NCBI GenBank assembly: GCA_010909165.1
Contig: VJWM01000327.1
Coordinates: 2,905 to 66,904, forward strand
Reading direction: 5' to 3'
Length of the DNA: 64,000 nt
Source: Anthoceros angustus
Lineage: Eukaryota > Plantae > Anthocerotophyta
Below the pieces are notes generated by a model. It saw nothing but the letters and a program-made list of their open reading frames with translations. It was not told where the DNA came from and did no database searches. Positions 63,150 through 64,000 of the stretch are shown one piece after another. The first letter of the stretch is position 1. Each line of letters opens with the position of its first letter. The translations under genes and the position numbers were made by a program.

Positions 63150-64000
63150 GCGCTTTTCGGTCCTTCTCCGTCGCTCGGATCTAGTGGTGACCTTGGCCAC
63201 CAGCAACCCTTCTTCCTCACTCATTTCTCCCTCATATCCTTCTTCCACAATCCCAGTACACATTGTCTCCATCCGGAAGATCAATGCCCACCTTCAAAGC
63301 TTGAAGTCACGGTGATAGCGTTTGGGTTGGAAGGTGCTCCATTGTAGGCTCGTGAACCTCACTCTGGACGTGTCGGCACTACTCGTGGCACCCCCGAACA
63401 CCTCGGATCTCAGCCTTGTGTCCCAATTCTTTGCACACTTGAGAAAGGTACATACCCCATTTGTCTCTTTGGTTACGGGCAATCATTGGAATAGTGACAG
63501 TGCTCCACAATTGTAACAACATCCGGTGGAATCGCTGTTGGTCGTGAGATGGTTACGGTCTCCATGGACTGGCGAGGTAGGCGAGACCCGTACCTCATGA
63601 TTGGCGGTCTGCGGTTGGTAGGTTGCCCTCATCGGGGGTCGACCTGTTGATTCGCACTGTAAGCCTCATCCACATACCAATAATCACCGGGCATGGCCGG
63701 CTCCACATGATTCACGCATGGCGTGGGGCTCGTATACATTCCGGTTGGTGTGCAGTTCAGGTGACAAATCGAGCAATACACCAAGTCTTGCGGGGAGGCG
63801 ATCTACGTGTGGCACGATTCTTCACAGCCTTGACTTCCAACTCGTTAATCGCTTGGTCAAGGCTTCAACGACCCAATTCCTCCTCCTGCGGGCGTTTCTC
63901 CCTTCTCCATCCCGCTTTCCCTTTTCTTTCCTTCTCGGCGCGCTCCTCCTCTTGCTCCTCTTCTTAACCTTCTCTAGATCTTTCCTCATCCGTCGTTCGT
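63150..64000 (-). mobile_element. Ty3/Gypsy-like gag C-terminal fragment
   Basis: Coiled coil, then CSICHLN.H..EC, CYNCGAL.HYSNDCP and C.KC..LGH zinc knuckles, then an AKVTTRS motif. Confidence 0.65.

Overview
Eukaryotic, repeat-dense DNA, most likely from a seed-free land plant. The PLS-class PPR proteins have a 'PGxSWW' box, which points to a hornwort or a fern/lycophyte. Intact host genes are confined to about 9.4-26.6 kb: two tandem intronless PLS-E+ PPR RNA-editing factors and a 6-exon conserved plant gene whose product looks like SHOCT repeats plus an HRDC-like domain. A frameshifted GNA/bulb-type lectin lies between the two PPR genes. The rest is nested, degenerate mobile DNA: several Ty1/Copia elements (two with LTR pairs and TSDs; one family with non-canonical AG...CT LTR ends), a LINE tail, a Harbinger-like remnant, a KDZ/Zisupton-like transposase, a Sola-like transposase fragment, and a ~21-kb CACTA-like element (41697-62759, TSD TGT) filled with tandem arrays. 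The most notable result comes from removing that 21-kb element. Doing so rejoins a minus-strand gene encoding a ParB/Srx-like domain followed by a bacterial-type beta-class N6A/N4C DNA methyltransferase. It sits directly downstream of a Ty3/Gypsy gag and upstream of a PPT/LTR-like end, so it is a candidate retrotransposon-borne DNA amino-methyltransferase. Many repeat-region frameshifts and one perfect duplication may be sequencing or assembly artefacts. All domain calls are by eye from motifs; no database searches were run.
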